Shown piece after piece: positions 9,381 through 19,548 of a DNA stretch of 64,000 nt. Below the pieces are notes generated by a model. It did not search any database. It was not told where the DNA came from and saw nothing but the letters and a program-made list of their open reading frames with translations. Source of the stretch: Isoptericola halotolerans (GTDB lineage: Bacteria > Actinomycetota > Actinomycetes > Actinomycetales > Cellulomonadaceae); the NCBI RefSeq assembly GCF_013149785.1, contig NZ_JABEZU010000002.1, forward strand, positions 744,001 through 808,000, read 5' to 3'. Position numbers and translations under genes: made by a program. Within the stretch, counting starts at the first letter, position 1. Each line of letters begins with the position of its first letter.

Positions 9381-12300
9381 TCAGCGGGTGAAGACCTGCT
9401 CCAGGAGCACTCGCTGCTCCTCCTTGTGACGCTTGGCGGTCCCCGCGGCCGTGGAGGCGGAGGCCGGCCGGGAGATCACGTCGACGCGCGGCAGGTCCTC
9501 GGGCAGCGCCAGGTGGAGGTACCACCAGGCCCCCTGGTTGCGGGGCTCGTCCTGCACCCACACGACCTCGGCGCCCTCGTACCGGGCGAGCTCGGCGCGC
9601 ACCTGCTCCTCGGGGAACGGGTAGAGCTGCTCGAGGCGGACGATCGCGGTCGCGGTGTCGCCGCGCTGCTCGCGCTCGGCGATCAGGTCGTAGTAGACGC
9701 GACCGGTGCACAGCACCACGCGCTCCACGGCCGAGGCCGAGATCGTGCCGTCCGCCACCGCCACGTCGCCCAGCACCGGCTCGAACGTGCCGGTGGTGAA
9801 GTCCTCGACGCTCGACGCCGCGGCCTTGAGCCGCAGCAGCTGCTTCGGTGTCAGGACCACCAGGGGGCGGCGTGGCCGTGCGTACGCCTGCTTGCGCAGC
9901 AGGTGGAAGTACGACGCCGGGGTGGAGGGCTGCGCCACGGTCATGTTCTCCTCCGCGGCGAGCTGCAGGAACCGCTCGATGCGTGCCGAGGAGTGGTCGG
10001 GGCCCTGGCCCTCGTAGCCGTGCGGCAGGAGCATGACCACCGAGGAGTTCTGCGCCCACTTCTGCTCGGCGGACGAGATGAACTCGTCGATCACCGTCTG
10101 CGCGCCGTTGACGAAGTCGCCGAACTGCGCCTCCCAGAGCACGAGGGCGTCCGGCCGCTCGACCGAGTAGCCGTACTCGAAGCCGAGCGCCGCGTACTCG
10201 CTCAGCGAGGAGTCGTACACCCAGAACTTCGCCTGGTCGCCCGACAGGTACAGCAGCGGCGTCCACTCGGCGCCCGTGTTGCGGTCGTGCAGGACGGCGT
10301 GGCGCTGGACGAAGGTCCCGCGGCGGGAGTCCTGCCCGGCCAGACGCACCGGGGTGCCCTCCATGAGCAGCGACCCGAAGGCGGCGAGCTCGCCGAAGCC
10401 CCAGTCGACGCCACCCTCCTTGGCCATGAGCTGGCGCTTCTCCAGCATCTTGGCCAGCTTGGGGTGGACGGTGAAGCCCTCCGGCGGGGAGACGTGGACG
10501 TCGCCGACGCGCTCGAGCACCGAGTGCGGCACCGACGTCTGCCAGCCGACCATCGTGCCGGCGTCCTCGCGCTGGGACTCGGGCCGCTCCAGACCGGCGA
10601 CCTCCTCGGCGCCGTCGGGGGCCGTGTACCCGCTGTCCTTGGTCTCGGTGAACACCCGCTCGAGCTGCGCCTGGTAGTCCTTGAGCGCCTGCTCGGCCTC
10701 CTCGACCGTGATGTCGCCGCGCGCCACGAGGTTCTTCGTGTACAGCTTGCGCACCGACTGCTTCGCCTCGATGAGGTTGTACATCAGCGGCTGGGTCATC
10801 GAGGGGTCGTCGCCCTCGTTGTGCCCGCGGCGGCGGTAGCACACCATGTCGATGATGACGTCGCGGTCGAACTGCTCGCGGTAGGCGAAGGCGAGCTCGG
10901 CCACGCGGACGCAGGCCTCGGGGTCGTCGCCGTTCACGTGCAGCACCGGGACCTGGTAGCCCTTGGCGACGTCCGTCGAGTAGGTCGTCGAACGGGACGA
11001 CGACGGGCCCGTGGTGAAGCCGACCTGGTTGTTGATGACCACGTGGATCGTGCCGCCGGTGCGGTAGCCGCGCAGCTGTGCCAGGTTCAGCACCTCCGGC
11101 ACCACGCCCTGGCCGGCGAACGCAGCGTCACCGTGGATGAGGATCGGCAGCACCGAGAAGCCGTCGCCACCGAGGTCGATGCGGTCCTGCTTGGCGCGCA
11201 CGATGCCCTCGAGCACCGGGTCCACGGCCTCCAGGTGGGAGGGGTTCGCCGCGAGGTAGACCTTGGTCGTCGCGCCCGACTCGGCAGTGAAGTTGCCCTC
11301 GGTGCCGAGGTGGTACTTGACGTCCCCGGAGCCCTGGACGGACTTGGGGTCGATCTGGCCCTCGAACTCCTTGAAGATCTGCCCGTAGCTCTTGCCGGCG
11401 ATGTTCGCGAGCACGTTGAGGCGCCCACGGTGCGCCATGCCGATGCCGACCTCGTCGAGCCCGTTCTCGGCGGCCTTCGACAGGATCGCGTCGAGCAGCG
11501 GGATGACGGACTCGCCGCCCTCCAGCGAGAAGCGCTTCTGCCCGACGTACTTGGTCTGCAGGAACGTCTCGAACGCCTCGGCGGAGTTCAGACGGCGCAG
11601 GATGCGCAGCTGGTCCTCGCGCGGGGTGCGGGCGTAGCCGTGCTCGAGCCGGTCCTGCAGCCACTTGCGCTGCGCCCGGTCGGCGATGTGCATGTACTCG
11701 ATGCCGATCGAGCGGCAGTACGAGTCGCGGAGCAGCCCGAGGGTGTCGCGCAGCGTGGCCTTCGGGGTGCCGCCGAAGCCGCCCGTCGGGAAGATGCGGT
11801 CGAGGTCCCACAACGTCAGCCCGTGCGTCTGGATGTCCAGGTCCGGGTGCTTGCGCTGACGGTAGGCCAGCGGGTCCGTGTCGGCCATCAGGTGACCGCG
11901 GGACCGGTAGGAGTGGATGAGCTCGGCGATCTTGGCGGGCTTGGCCGCCTCGACCTCGGCGTCGACGGTGTTGTCGCGCACCCAGCGCACCGGCTCGTAG
12001 GGGACCCGCAGAGCGGCGAACACACGGTCGTAGAAGCCGTCGAGCCCGAGCAGCTTGCCGGCGAGGATCTTGAGGAACTCGCCGGACTGCGCGCCCTGGA
12101 TGATGCGGTGGTCGTAGGTCGACGTGATCGTCATGACCTTCGACACGCCCAGGCGGGCCAGCCGCTCCTCGGAGGCCCCGGCGAACTCCGCCGGGTAGTC
12201 CATGGCGCCGACACCGATGATCGTGCCCTGTCCCTGCATGAGCCGAGGCACCGAGTGGACCGTGCCGATGCCGCCAGGGTTCGTCAGCGAGATCGTCGTC

Positions 12301-13208
12301 CCGGCGAAGTCGTCCATGCCGAGCTTGCCGCCGCGGGCCTTGCGCACGAGCTCCTCGTAGGCCGCCCAGAAGGCGGCGAAGTCCATCTCCTCGGCCTTCT
12401 TGATGCTGGGCACGAGCAGCTGGCGGGACCCGTCCGGCTTGGCCAGGTCGATCGCGAGGCCGAAGCCGACGTGCGCCGGCTGCACCACGTGGGGCTTGCC
12501 GTCGGTCTCCTGGTAGTGGGCGTTCATGACCGGCATGTCGGCCAGCGCCTCGACGAGCGCGAAGCCGATGAGGTGCGTGAAGGAGATCTTCCCGCCCCGG
12601 CCACGCTTGAGGTGGTTGTTGATGACGATCCGGTTGTCCACCATCAGCTTGGCGGGCACGGCACGGACCGACGTCGCGGTCGGTACCGCGATCGAGGCCT
12701 CCATGTTCGTCACGACGCGCGCGGCCGGGCCACGCAGCTTCTGGACGTCGTCGGTGGCCTCGGCGTCGTCGTCCTTCGGGGCGGACCGAGCGACCTCGGC
12801 GTACGGAGCGGTGGCGGGCAGGGCCTCGGCGACGGGGGCGTCCGCGGCGGAGACCTCGGGGTCGGCGGGGACCGGGGCCGGTTCGGCCGGCTGGGACGCC
12901 TCGGCGGCGGCCGTGCCGGACGCCGGTGAGGCGGTCGCGGACTCCTGGACGGGGTCCGAGGTCCGGGGCTCCTGGGTCGGCTCCGCGGGCGCAGGGCGCG
13001 AGGGTGGCTCCGCGGGGGACGCCGTGGGCTTCTGCGTGCCGTCCGCCGACTCCTCCGGGGTGTAGTCCGCGAAGAAGTCCCACCACGCGGGGTCGACCGC
13101 GTTCTTGTCCTTCAGGTACTGCTCGTAGAGCTCGTCCACGAGCCACTCGTTGGCTCCGAACGACGCACTCTCGGCGTTGATCGACTCTGACCCTGCCTTG
13201 GGGGACAC
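9381..13208 (-). CDS. kgd: Multifunctional 2-oxoglutarate dehydrogenase E1/E2 fusion (Kgd/OdhA)
   Basis: FGANEWLVDELY N-terminus, acyltransferase STYDHRIIQGA, TPP motif HGDAAFAGQG, LWEAQFGDF. Confidence 0.97.
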   Translation of the reverse strand: MSPKAGSESINAESASFGANEWLVDELYEQYLKDKNAVDPAWWDFFADYTPEESADGTQKPTASPAEPPSRPAPAEPTQEPRTSDPVQESATASPASGTAAAEASQPAEPAPVPADPEVSAADAPVAEALPATAPYAEVARSAPKDDDAEATDDVQKLRGPAARVVTNMEASIAVPTATSVRAVPAKLMVDNRIVINNHLKRGRGGKISFTHLIGFALVEALADMPVMNAHYQETDGKPHVVQPAHVGFGLAIDLAKPDGSRQLLVPSIKKAEEMDFAAFWAAYEELVRKARGGKLGMDDFAGTTISLTNPGGIGTVHSVPRLMQGQGTIIGVGAMDYPAEFAGASEERLARLGVSKVMTITSTYDHRIIQGAQSGEFLKILAGKLLGLDGFYDRVFAALRVPYEPVRWVRDNTVDAEVEAAKPAKIAELIHSYRSRGHLMADTDPLAYRQRKHPDLDIQTHGLTLWDLDRIFPTGGFGGTPKATLRDTLGLLRDSYCRSIGIEYMHIADRAQRKWLQDRLEHGYARTPREDQLRILRRLNSAEAFETFLQTKYVGQKRFSLEGGESVIPLLDAILSKAAENGLDEVGIGMAHRGRLNVLANIAGKSYGQIFKEFEGQIDPKSVQGSGDVKYHLGTEGNFTAESGATTKVYLAANPSHLEAVDPVLEGIVRAKQDRIDLGGDGFSVLPILIHGDAAFAGQGVVPEVLNLAQLRGYRTGGTIHVVINNQVGFTTGPSSSRSTTYSTDVAKGYQVPVLHVNGDDPEACVRVAELAFAYREQFDRDVIIDMVCYRRRGHNEGDDPSMTQPLMYNLIEAKQSVRKLYTKNLVARGDITVEEAEQALKDYQAQLERVFTETKDSGYTAPDGAEEVAGLERPESQREDAGTMVGWQTSVPHSVLERVGDVHVSPPEGFTVHPKLAKMLEKRQLMAKEGGVDWGFGELAAFGSLLMEGTPVRLAGQDSRRGTFVQRHAVLHDRNTGAEWTPLLYLSGDQAKFWVYDSSLSEYAALGFEYGYSVERPDALVLWEAQFGDFVNGAQTVIDEFISSAEQKWAQNSSVVMLLPHGYEGQGPDHSSARIERFLQLAAEENMTVAQPSTPASYFHLLRKQAYARPRRPLVVLTPKQLLRLKAAASSVEDFTTGTFEPVLGDVAVADGTISASAVERVVLCTGRVYYDLIAEREQRGDTATAIVRLEQLYPFPEEQVRAELARYEGAEVVWVQDEPRNQGAWWYLHLALPEDLPRVDVISRPASASTAAGTAKRHKEEQRVLLEQVFTR

Positions 13209-13501
13209 CACGCCCGGATCGCCCACTTTCCCACATTGCTCGACTGCTTGGTCGGACGGCTCGGTCGAGCCGGTCCTCCTTGGACCCTGCACCCGGTCTC
13301 GGGCGCCTCCAGCCTATGCCCTCGACGCGCTCTGCGGAGCCTGCGCGACGGCGGTCCCTCGCGGTTGACGGCCCAGTCCCACCCTCGCGTGGTGCCTCGG
13401 TAATAGAGCAGGAAAGCGATGGCCGGGGTTGCTTCCTCCGGCGTCATGCGTGCCTCACGAAGGCGATGGTGGCACCAACGGGTGTGATCGATGTCACGGG
13501 G

Positions 13502-14605
13502 TCATGCGGCAGACTCCGTGGTGACGCCGGGAGCCGGTCGTGCCAGCGCCGGGAGCGCCACCCGCATCGTCGCCCCCGACTCGGTGTCCGCGACCTCGAC
13601 GTGCCCGCCGTGCAGGTCCACGGCCCACCGCACGATCGCGAGACCGATCCCCGTGCCGCCGCTCGCGCTCGGCTGCGGACGGACGTCGGAGGTGCCGCGG
13701 GCGAACCGTTCGAAGACCCGGTCACGGTCCTCGGGGGCGATGCCGGGTCCTTCGTCCCCGACCTCGACGATCACGTGCTCGCCGTCCGGATAGGCGTCCA
13801 GGCTGACGGTACCGCCGTGCGGGGAGTGCCGGATCGCGTTCTGCAGCAGGTTGGTCACCACCTGGCGCAACCGTTCCACGTCGGCCTCGAGCGTCAGGTC
13901 CTCCGGGGTGACGTCCACGACGTAGGTGAGTCCCTTGGCGGCCTCGACCATGGACATCGCCTCGGCGCACTCCTCGAGGAAGTCACCCACCGAGAACTCG
14001 GTCAGCATCAGCGCCGACGCCCCGGCCTCGACCCGCGAGAGGTCGAGCAGGTACGTCACCAGCCGGCTGAGCCGCTCGGTCTGCTCCAGGGAGAGCTCGA
14101 GGGACGACGGCGTCGGTTCCGTGACGCCGTCGACCATGTTCTCGAGCTGGGCCTGCAGGGCTGCCACCGGGGTGCGCAGCTCGTGCGACACGTTCGCGAT
14201 GAGGTCGCGGCGGACGTGGTCGGAGGCCTCGAGGTCCCCGGCCATGGTGTTGAAGGCCTCGGCGAGCTGGCCGACCTCGTCCTGGCTCGTCGACCGCACC
14301 CGGATGGAGTAGTCGCCGTCGGCCATCGCCTGCGCGGCGGCGGTCATCTGTCGCAGCGGCGAGGTCATGCCGCGGGCGAGGACCTGGGTGAGCAGCAACG
14401 AGACGATGATCGCCAACGGGAACGTGCGACTGGGTCCCAGCTCGTTGCGCAGGCCCACCCACGTGATGACGACGGCGACCGTGACGCTCGCGACGACCAG
14501 CAGCCCCAGCTTGACCTTCAGCGAGTGGACCGGGTCGAGCGGACGGACGTCCGGGATCCGGTGGTGGTCACGCCACCGCGTCCCGTCGTCGTGCGCAGCG
14601 GCCAC
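13502..14605 (-). CDS. HAMP-domain sensor histidine kinase
   Basis: ANVSHELRTP H-box, NLLQNAIRH, DEGPGI, GGTGIGLAI. Confidence 0.93.
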   Translation of the reverse strand: MAAAHDDGTRWRDHHRIPDVRPLDPVHSLKVKLGLLVVASVTVAVVITWVGLRNELGPSRTFPLAIIVSLLLTQVLARGMTSPLRQMTAAAQAMADGDYSIRVRSTSQDEVGQLAEAFNTMAGDLEASDHVRRDLIANVSHELRTPVAALQAQLENMVDGVTEPTPSSLELSLEQTERLSRLVTYLLDLSRVEAGASALMLTEFSVGDFLEECAEAMSMVEAAKGLTYVVDVTPEDLTLEADVERLRQVVTNLLQNAIRHSPHGGTVSLDAYPDGEHVIVEVGDEGPGIAPEDRDRVFERFARGTSDVRPQPSASGGTGIGLAIVRWAVDLHGGHVEVADTESGATMRVALPALARPAPGVTTESAA

Positions 14606-14606
14606 G

Positions 14607-15335
14607 TCAGCCGGCCGGGGGCTCGAAGGCGTAGCCGACGCCGTGGACCGTCCGGATCAGGTCCGGCCCGAGCTTGCGGCGCAGTGCCTTGATGTGCGAG
14701 TCCACGGTCCGGGTGCCGCTCGCGTCGGCCCAGTCCCACACCTCGGCCAGGAGCTTCTCGCGCGTCTGCACCGTCTTGGGGGCGCTGGCGAGCATCACCA
14801 GCAGCTCGAACTCGGTCGGCGTGAGGTGGACCTCGTCGCCCGCCCGGTGCACACGCCGCTGGGCGCGGTCGATGGTGACGTCCCCGGCCACGAGCGGGGG
14901 GTCGGCGGGTGCGGCGGCGGCGGCCTGCGCGGCGCGCTCCACCCGTCGCAGCAGCGCCTTGACGCGGGCCACGAGCTCGCGCATCGAGAACGGTTTGGTC
15001 ATGTAGTCGTCGGCGCCGACGCCGAGCCCGATGAGCATGTCGGTCTCGTCGTCGCGGGCGGTCAGCATGAGGATGGGCGTGGGGTGGTCGGCCTGGATCC
15101 GTCGGCACACCTCCAGCCCGTCGATGCCCGGCAGCATCACGTCGAGCACCACGGCGTCGGGGTGGAGCCGGGAGGCGGCCTCGACGCCGGACGTCCCGTC
15201 GCGCGCGACCTCGACGCGCCATCCTTCTGCGGAGAGCCGCTGGGCGATCGCCGTGGCGATCGCCGGCTCGTCCTCGACGACGAGGACCGTGGCGTTCTGC
15301 TGGCCCTGCCCCGGGTTGGTCGCGGTGGTGGTCAT
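14607..15335 (-). CDS. OmpR-family response regulator
   Basis: LVVEDE, LDVMLPGIDG, GADDYMTKPF, winged helix IRTVHGVGY. Confidence 0.95.
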   Translation of the reverse strand: MTTTATNPGQGQQNATVLVVEDEPAIATAIAQRLSAEGWRVEVARDGTSGVEAASRLHPDAVVLDVMLPGIDGLEVCRRIQADHPTPILMLTARDDETDMLIGLGVGADDYMTKPFSMRELVARVKALLRRVERAAQAAAAAPADPPLVAGDVTIDRAQRRVHRAGDEVHLTPTEFELLVMLASAPKTVQTREKLLAEVWDWADASGTRTVDSHIKALRRKLGPDLIRTVHGVGYAFEPPAG

Positions 15336-15474
15336 GGTCCCATCTTGCACGCAAGACCTGGGTGTGCGCTGGGGATGCGCTGGCGTGGCGGATCAGCGCG
15401 ACGGAGCGCGGCTCGCGGGGATAGCATCGGGCCACGATGGACGACAGTCGAGATACCGGCCTGCGGGGCCTGCC

Positions 15475-16815
15475 GTGCTGAACGAGACGATCATGATCGC
15501 CGTCGGCGTCCTGCTCACCGCCGGGACCGCGATCTTCGTGGCGAGCGAGTTCTCGCTGGTCACCCTGGACCCTGCCGTCGTCGGTGGCGACGACGAGGAG
15601 GGCGACAGTCCGAGGCCCGGCCGACGGGCGCCCGACCGCCGGGACCGCATCGTCCGGTCCGGGCTGAAGCACCTGTCCACGGAGCTCAGCTCCGCGCAGG
15701 TCGGGATCACCGTCACCACGATCCTGCTCGGGTACACGGCCCAGCCGGCCCTGCTGAGCATGTTCGGCGCAGGGCTCGCCGCGACACCGCTCGGCGTGAC
15801 GGCGGCCACCGTGCTGGCCGCCGTCCTGGCGCTGGTGGTCGTCAACGCCTTCTCGATGTTGTTCGGGGAGCTCATCCCCAAGAACTTCGCGCTGTCGGCA
15901 CCGCACCCCACGGCACGGGCGGTCGTGCCGCTGCAGCGGGTGTTCACCATCGTGTGCGGCCCGCTCATCGGCGTGCTCAACGGGTCGGCCAACGCCATCC
16001 TGCGGCGGCTCGGGATCGAGCCGCGCGAGGAGCTCTCGGGGGCGCGTTCCGCGACCGAGCTGCTCTCGCTCGTGCGCCGCTCGGCCCAGGAGGGCACGCT
16101 CGAGAAGGGCACGGCGACGCTCCTGGCCAACTCGCTCGAGCTCGACGAGCTCGTGGCACGGGACGTCATGACCGACCGCACGCGCATGTCGGTCGTCCGT
16201 CGGGACACCAGCGCCGCGGAGGTCGTGGCCCTGGCGCACCGGACGGGCCACTCCCGCTTCCCGGTCATCGGCGACGACCGGGACGACATCGTCGGGCTCG
16301 TGCACCTCCGCCGCGCCGTCGGTGTCCCGTTCGCGAAGCGGGGCGAGGTGCCGGCGGGTGCCCTCATGACCGACGCCCCGCGGGTCCCCGACACCGTCAG
16401 CCTGGGACCGCTGCTCGTCGAGCTGCGCGGTCTCGGGCTGCAGATGGCCGTCGTCGTGGACGAGTACGGGGGCACCTCGGGCGTCGTGACGCTGGAGGAC
16501 GTGGTCGAGGAGCTCGTGGGCGACGTCGCGGACGAGCACGACCGCCGGCGCGGCGGCGTCGCCCGGGCCGCCGACGGGACGTGGAGCGTCCCCGGGGTGC
16601 TGCGCCCGGACGAGCTGGCCGAGACCACCGGTCTGCAGGTGCCGGAGGGCCCCGCCTACGAGACGCTCGGAGGGCTCGTCATGGCTCGGCTGGGCCGGCT
16701 GCCCGAGGCGGGTGACACCGTCGAGGTCGACGACGTCAGGCTGCGCGTCGAGCTCGTCGACGGGCGTCGCGTCGAACGCCTGCGCGTACAGCTGGTGCAG
16801 GAGGTGCCGCGATGA
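15475..16815 (+). CDS. CNNM/CBS/CorC-HlyC domain protein (hemolysin family)
   Basis: FVASEFSLV, AQVGIT, GELIPKN, HSRFPV, VVDEYGG...TLEDVVEELVG. Confidence 0.92.
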   Translation: MLNETIMIAVGVLLTAGTAIFVASEFSLVTLDPAVVGGDDEEGDSPRPGRRAPDRRDRIVRSGLKHLSTELSSAQVGITVTTILLGYTAQPALLSMFGAGLAATPLGVTAATVLAAVLALVVVNAFSMLFGELIPKNFALSAPHPTARAVVPLQRVFTIVCGPLIGVLNGSANAILRRLGIEPREELSGARSATELLSLVRRSAQEGTLEKGTATLLANSLELDELVARDVMTDRTRMSVVRRDTSAAEVVALAHRTGHSRFPVIGDDRDDIVGLVHLRRAVGVPFAKRGEVPAGALMTDAPRVPDTVSLGPLLVELRGLGLQMAVVVDEYGGTSGVVTLEDVVEELVGDVADEHDRRRGGVARAADGTWSVPGVLRPDELAETTGLQVPEGPAYETLGGLVMARLGRLPEAGDTVEVDDVRLRVELVDGRRVERLRVQLVQEVPR

Positions 16816-17876
16816 GCAACGCGACCGCTCTGTGGGTCGGGCTGCTGCTGCTCGTCGGCAACGCGTTCTTCGTCGGGGCCGAGTTCGCCGTCCTGTCGGT
16901 GCGGCGCAGCGCGATCGAGCCGCGGGCCCAGGCGGGGGAGAAGCGTGCCCAGGTCGTGCTGTGGGCGATGGAGCACGTCTCGCTGATGCTCGCGTGCGCC
17001 CAGCTCGGGATCACGGTCTGCTCGACAGGGCTCGGCATCATCGCCGAGCCGGCGCTCGCGCACCTGCTGGAGGGTCCGTTCGCGGCGCTCGGCGTCCCGG
17101 AGCAGCTCGTCCACCCGGTCGCTCTCGTCATCGCGCTGGGGATCGTGGTCTACCTGCACGTGGTGCTCGGCGAGATGGTCCCCAAGAACCTCGCGGTGAC
17201 GGGCCCGGAGACGGCCGCGCTCTGGTTCGCGCCGCCGCTGGTCGTGATCGCCCGGCTGGTCAAGCCTGTGATCGTGGCGCTGAACTGGGTCGCGAACCAC
17301 GCGGTCCGGGCGTTGGGCGTGGAGCCCAAGGACGAGGTGGCCTCCGCCTTCACGGCCCAGGAGGTGCAGTCGATCGTCGAGCGCTCGCGGGCGGAGGGTG
17401 TGCTGGCCGACGAGCAGGGCCTGCTCTCGGGAGCGCTGGGGTTCTCCGCGCGCACGGCACGGGACGTCATGGTGCCGCTCGGTTCGCTCGTCACGCTCAC
17501 CCCGGGGGCGACGCCGGACGACGTCGAGCGGCTGGTCTCGCGGACCGGGTACAGCCGCTTCCCGGTCGTCGAGCCGGCTGCGGACCAGCCCGGGGGTGAC
17601 GTGCCCGGTGCCCTGATCGGCTACCTGCACCTGAAGGACGTCCTCTACGCGACGAACGGTGACCGGGAGCGTCCGGTGCCCGCGTGGCGCGTGCGTGCCA
17701 CGGCGCAGGTCGGTCCCGACGACGAGGTCGAGGACGCCCTGCGGGCCATGCAACGGTCGGGCGCGCACCTGGCGCGGGTGGACGACGGCGGCCGGACGGT
17801 CGGGGTCGTGTTCCTCGAGGACATCCTCGAAGAGCTCGTGGGCGAGGTCCGTGACGCGATGCAGCGGCGGCACTGA
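16812..17876 (+). CDS. CNNM/CBS domain protein (second paralog)
   Basis: NAFFVGAEFA, AQLGIT, GEMVPKN, YSRFPV, LEDILEELVGE; ATGA overlap. Confidence 0.92.
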   Translation: MSNATALWVGLLLLVGNAFFVGAEFAVLSVRRSAIEPRAQAGEKRAQVVLWAMEHVSLMLACAQLGITVCSTGLGIIAEPALAHLLEGPFAALGVPEQLVHPVALVIALGIVVYLHVVLGEMVPKNLAVTGPETAALWFAPPLVVIARLVKPVIVALNWVANHAVRALGVEPKDEVASAFTAQEVQSIVERSRAEGVLADEQGLLSGALGFSARTARDVMVPLGSLVTLTPGATPDDVERLVSRTGYSRFPVVEPAADQPGGDVPGALIGYLHLKDVLYATNGDRERPVPAWRVRATAQVGPDDEVEDALRAMQRSGAHLARVDDGGRTVGVVFLEDILEELVGEVRDAMQRRH

Positions 17877-18043
17877 ACAGGTCTTGAACAACGGGGGACT
17901 TGGCGGTGCGCCACGTCACCGCTAGGGTGCGGGCACGGAATGATCACACGGTGGGGCACAGTCGTGCCGTGAGATCGCACGAGCTCGGATCGACGGGTTG
18001 ACCAGGGGTCGCGCGAGCGCGCGACGTGAGGCACGGAGGTGGC

Positions 18044-18895
18044 GTGGACACGACGTCGCAGGGCGGCGACGCCCCCGTCCCCCGGTCGCGACGTGAGATG
18101 CGTGAGGCTGCCGAGGCGCGCACCGGCCGCACGCCGCGTCGGCGCAGCCCCGGGCAGACCCGCAAGGGCGGTCGCGGTGCCCACGCGGCACCGGCCGGTC
18201 ACACCTGGGTCACCCGCGTCACCGTCCTGGGTTCGCTGGCCGCCGCGACCATCGCGGTCCCCCTGACGGGCACGGCGGACGCGGACGACGGTTCCCCGTT
18301 CGACCTCGAGTCCCGTCCGACCGGTCCGAGCACCCTGGCGCTGCTGGAGTCGGGTGCGGACACCCCGGGCACGGCGGCCGCCATCGCGGCAGCCCCGCGC
18401 GAGCGCAGCGTGGCCGCCGCGAGCCGGTCCAGCGACCGCAACCCGCTGCCGGACTGCGACATGGACGCCCCGGTGGACGGTGGCAACGGTCAGCTCGCGG
18501 ACCACTCGCTGTGCGACCTGTGGCAGAGCGGGGAGCAGCTGCGGCCCGACGCCGCCGTGTCGCTGAGCGCGCTCAACGAGGCGTTCCGTGCCCGGTTCGG
18601 CCGGGACCTGTGCCTCGTGGACAGCTACCGGTCGCTTTCGTCGCAGTACTCGGTCAAGGCGAGCCGCGGCTTCCTCGCGGCGACACCGGGGACCTCGATG
18701 CACGGGTGGGGCCTGGCGATCGACCTGTGCTCCAAGGAGACCGGCAGCGCCGAGGTCTACAAGTGGTTGTGGGACAACGCCCCGGCCTTCGGGTGGGAGA
18801 ACCCTCCGTGGGCGCAGCGCGGCGGCTCGGGGAAGTACGAGCCCTGGCACTTCGAGTACCGGGCCGGCGTCGAAGAGGTCTCCACCTGGCACTGA
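18044..18895 (+). CDS. M15 family D-Ala-D-Ala carboxypeptidase (VanY-like), membrane-anchored
   Basis: SYRS, PGTSMHGWGLAID (SxHxxGxAxD), EPWH; one TM helix; start uncertain. Confidence 0.88.
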   Translation: MDTTSQGGDAPVPRSRREMREAAEARTGRTPRRRSPGQTRKGGRGAHAAPAGHTWVTRVTVLGSLAAATIAVPLTGTADADDGSPFDLESRPTGPSTLALLESGADTPGTAAAIAAAPRERSVAAASRSSDRNPLPDCDMDAPVDGGNGQLADHSLCDLWQSGEQLRPDAAVSLSALNEAFRARFGRDLCLVDSYRSLSSQYSVKASRGFLAATPGTSMHGWGLAIDLCSKETGSAEVYKWLWDNAPAFGWENPPWAQRGGSGKYEPWHFEYRAGVEEVSTWH

Positions 18896-18908
18896 CGGTG
18901 ACGGCAGG

Positions 18909-19538
18909 TCACGGGGACTCCAGCCGTTCGTTCTCCCCGAAGTCCTCCCGGAACCGCGGTCCCGTGCGTGCGAGCTCGTGGGCGTGGGCGGCGAACCACT
19001 CCGCGTAGGGCTCCACGGCGAGGGACTCGTTGGAGAACCGGCGGTCGTCGGTGATCTCGGTGACGCAGAAGTCGGGGATCTGCAGGCCGGTGACCGGGCC
19101 CGAGCGTTCGCACTCGGCGACGACGAGCGGGTGGTTGGCCCCTCCGAAGACGTCGATCGACCAGCCGTCCGCACCCAGCCAGACGGCGTAGCGGGTCTTG
19201 ACGACGCGTGCCCCGCCGCGTCGGACCAGCTCGACCCCCACCAGCGGGTCGAGCTGGCGTTCCGCCTCGTACCGGGTCCCGCCCGCCGACGGCCCCTTGA
19301 CGGTGACCGCGGCGAAGTCGAACCGGTCCTGGTGGGTGTCGAGGACGTCGCGCGGGTCGCTGTCGCCGTCCACCCGGGCGTCGACCCCTCCTGCCTGGAC
19401 CCGCACGCGCAGCGCGTACCCGCCGTCGGACAGGTAGTAGGACTGGACGATGAGGGACGGGGCGTCCCGGAGCACGTCCGGGAGGTCGCGCACGAGGAAG
19501 CGGCGTTCGAACTCGAAGTCGGAGTAGCTCGTGGACAT
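18909..19538 (-). CDS. CYTH domain protein
   Basis: EFERRFLV, LRVR, TVKG, RYEAE, KTRY, VAECE. Confidence 0.88.
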   Translation of the reverse strand: MSTSYSDFEFERRFLVRDLPDVLRDAPSLIVQSYYLSDGGYALRVRVQAGGVDARVDGDSDPRDVLDTHQDRFDFAAVTVKGPSAGGTRYEAERQLDPLVGVELVRRGGARVVKTRYAVWLGADGWSIDVFGGANHPLVVAECERSGPVTGLQIPDFCVTEITDDRRFSNESLAVEPYAEWFAAHAHELARTGPRFREDFGENERLESP

Positions 19539-19548
19539 GCCTCCGACA

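Noticed and set aside
9204..12929. Very long antisense and alternate-frame ORFs (also 17645-20521, 21828-24536 in full, 58015-60825)
   Set aside because: Shadow ORFs of real high-GC genes with biased composition
15475..17876. Haemolysin toxin pair
   Set aside because: Tandem CNNM/CBS proteins are conserved housekeeping genes linked to Mg2+/Co2+ homeostasis
18044..18895. Vancomycin-resistance gene vanY
   Set aside because: No vanHAX or vanRS context; an ordinary M15 cell-wall peptidase
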